Assembly: GCA_038087875.1 (NCBI GenBank) | Contig: CM075989.1 | Coordinates: forward strand, 8,310,001-8,370,000 | DNA from: Malacoraja senta | Lineage: Eukaryota | DNA: 60,000 nucleotides | Direction of reading: 5' to 3' | Shown here: positions 59,335 to 60,000 of the stretch, in pieces | Layout: every line of letters begins with the position of its first letter | How positions within the stretch are numbered: position 1 is the first letter of the stretch | The notes under the pieces: generated by a model | What the model was told of the DNA's origin: nothing | Seen by the model: only the letters and a program-made list of their open reading frames with translations | Databases searched by the model: none | Program-made: the position numbers and the translations under genes

Positions 59335-60000
59335 CATAGAATGTCATACAGCATGCAAACAAGCCCTTCGGTCCAAATTGCCCATACGGACCAAGATGCC
59401 CATCTACACTGTCCCATCTGCCTATGTTTGACCCATATCCCTCTAAACCTTTCCTATCCAGGTACCTGCCCAAATGTCTTTTAAATAATGTTATAGTACC
59501 TGCCTCAACAAACTCCTCTGGCAGCTTGTTTTGGCTTAGCGGAAGAAATCAGAGGGTGGTAGTGGAGGGTTGTTATTCAGATTATAGGCCAATGACCAAT
59601 GGTGTGCCTCAGGAATCAGTGCTTGGTCACTGTTAATTGTCATCTATATCAATGATTTCGATGAAAATGTTATTAACATGGTTCATTAGTTTGCAGATGA
59701 CACCAAAATTGGTGGTATTGTGGACAGTAAGGTTCTAAGACTATAATATGATCTAGATAAACTGGGGAAGTGGTCTAAGAAATGGAATTTAACTCCGACT
59801 AATGTGAGGTATGCACTTTGTCAAGTTAAACCAGGGCTTGCACAGTAAATGATAGGACCTTGGAGAGAGTTGCAGGACAGAGACCTAGGGATGCAGGTAA
59901 CTAGTTCCTTGTAAGCGCCACACGCGTAGACAGGGTGCTGAAGAAGGCGTTTGATGTATTTCCCTTCATCAGTGAGGGCATTGAGTACAGGGATTGGGAC
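59335..60000. mobile_element. CR1 fragments: 3' end (minus, 59335-59530) abutting an RT fragment (plus, 59531-60000)
   Basis: WLSGRNQRVVVEG..GVPQESVLG and FADDTKIGG. Confidence 0.8.

Overview
Eukaryotic, repeat-dense, non-genic (intronic or intergenic) DNA. The repeat repertoire (HER1/CR1 LINEs, HE1/V-type SINEs, Rex1/Babar and Penelope fragments) points to a cartilaginous fish, probably a skate or ray; this is inferred. No host protein-coding exon could be identified. All recognisable ORFs are from mobile elements: two young 5'-truncated CR1/HER1 LINEs (8852-11470, 55475-57055), a 3'-truncated DIRS tyrosine-recombinase retrotransposon (20050-24348), a full-length frameshifted Passport-like Tc1 (49676-51285), two hAT derivatives and a deleted class-I-like ERV (53134-55474). 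Non-coding elements include a putative non-autonomous Gypsy with a tRNA-Trp PBS, a Harbinger-type MITE and a non-autonomous Helitron carrying a TATA/Inr promoter module. The most notable observation is two short TSD-flanked retroposons with dissimilar bodies (31290-31429 and 32508-32714, minus strand). Each starts at, or 1 nt before, G1 of an HDV/CPEB3-like self-cleaving ribozyme fold and ends in ACGC(AAG)n; one ribozyme is a 54-nt minimal form essentially lacking P4. Penelope-derived short repeats with hammerhead-core motifs are also abundant. There is a 200-N assembly gap at 46840-47039.
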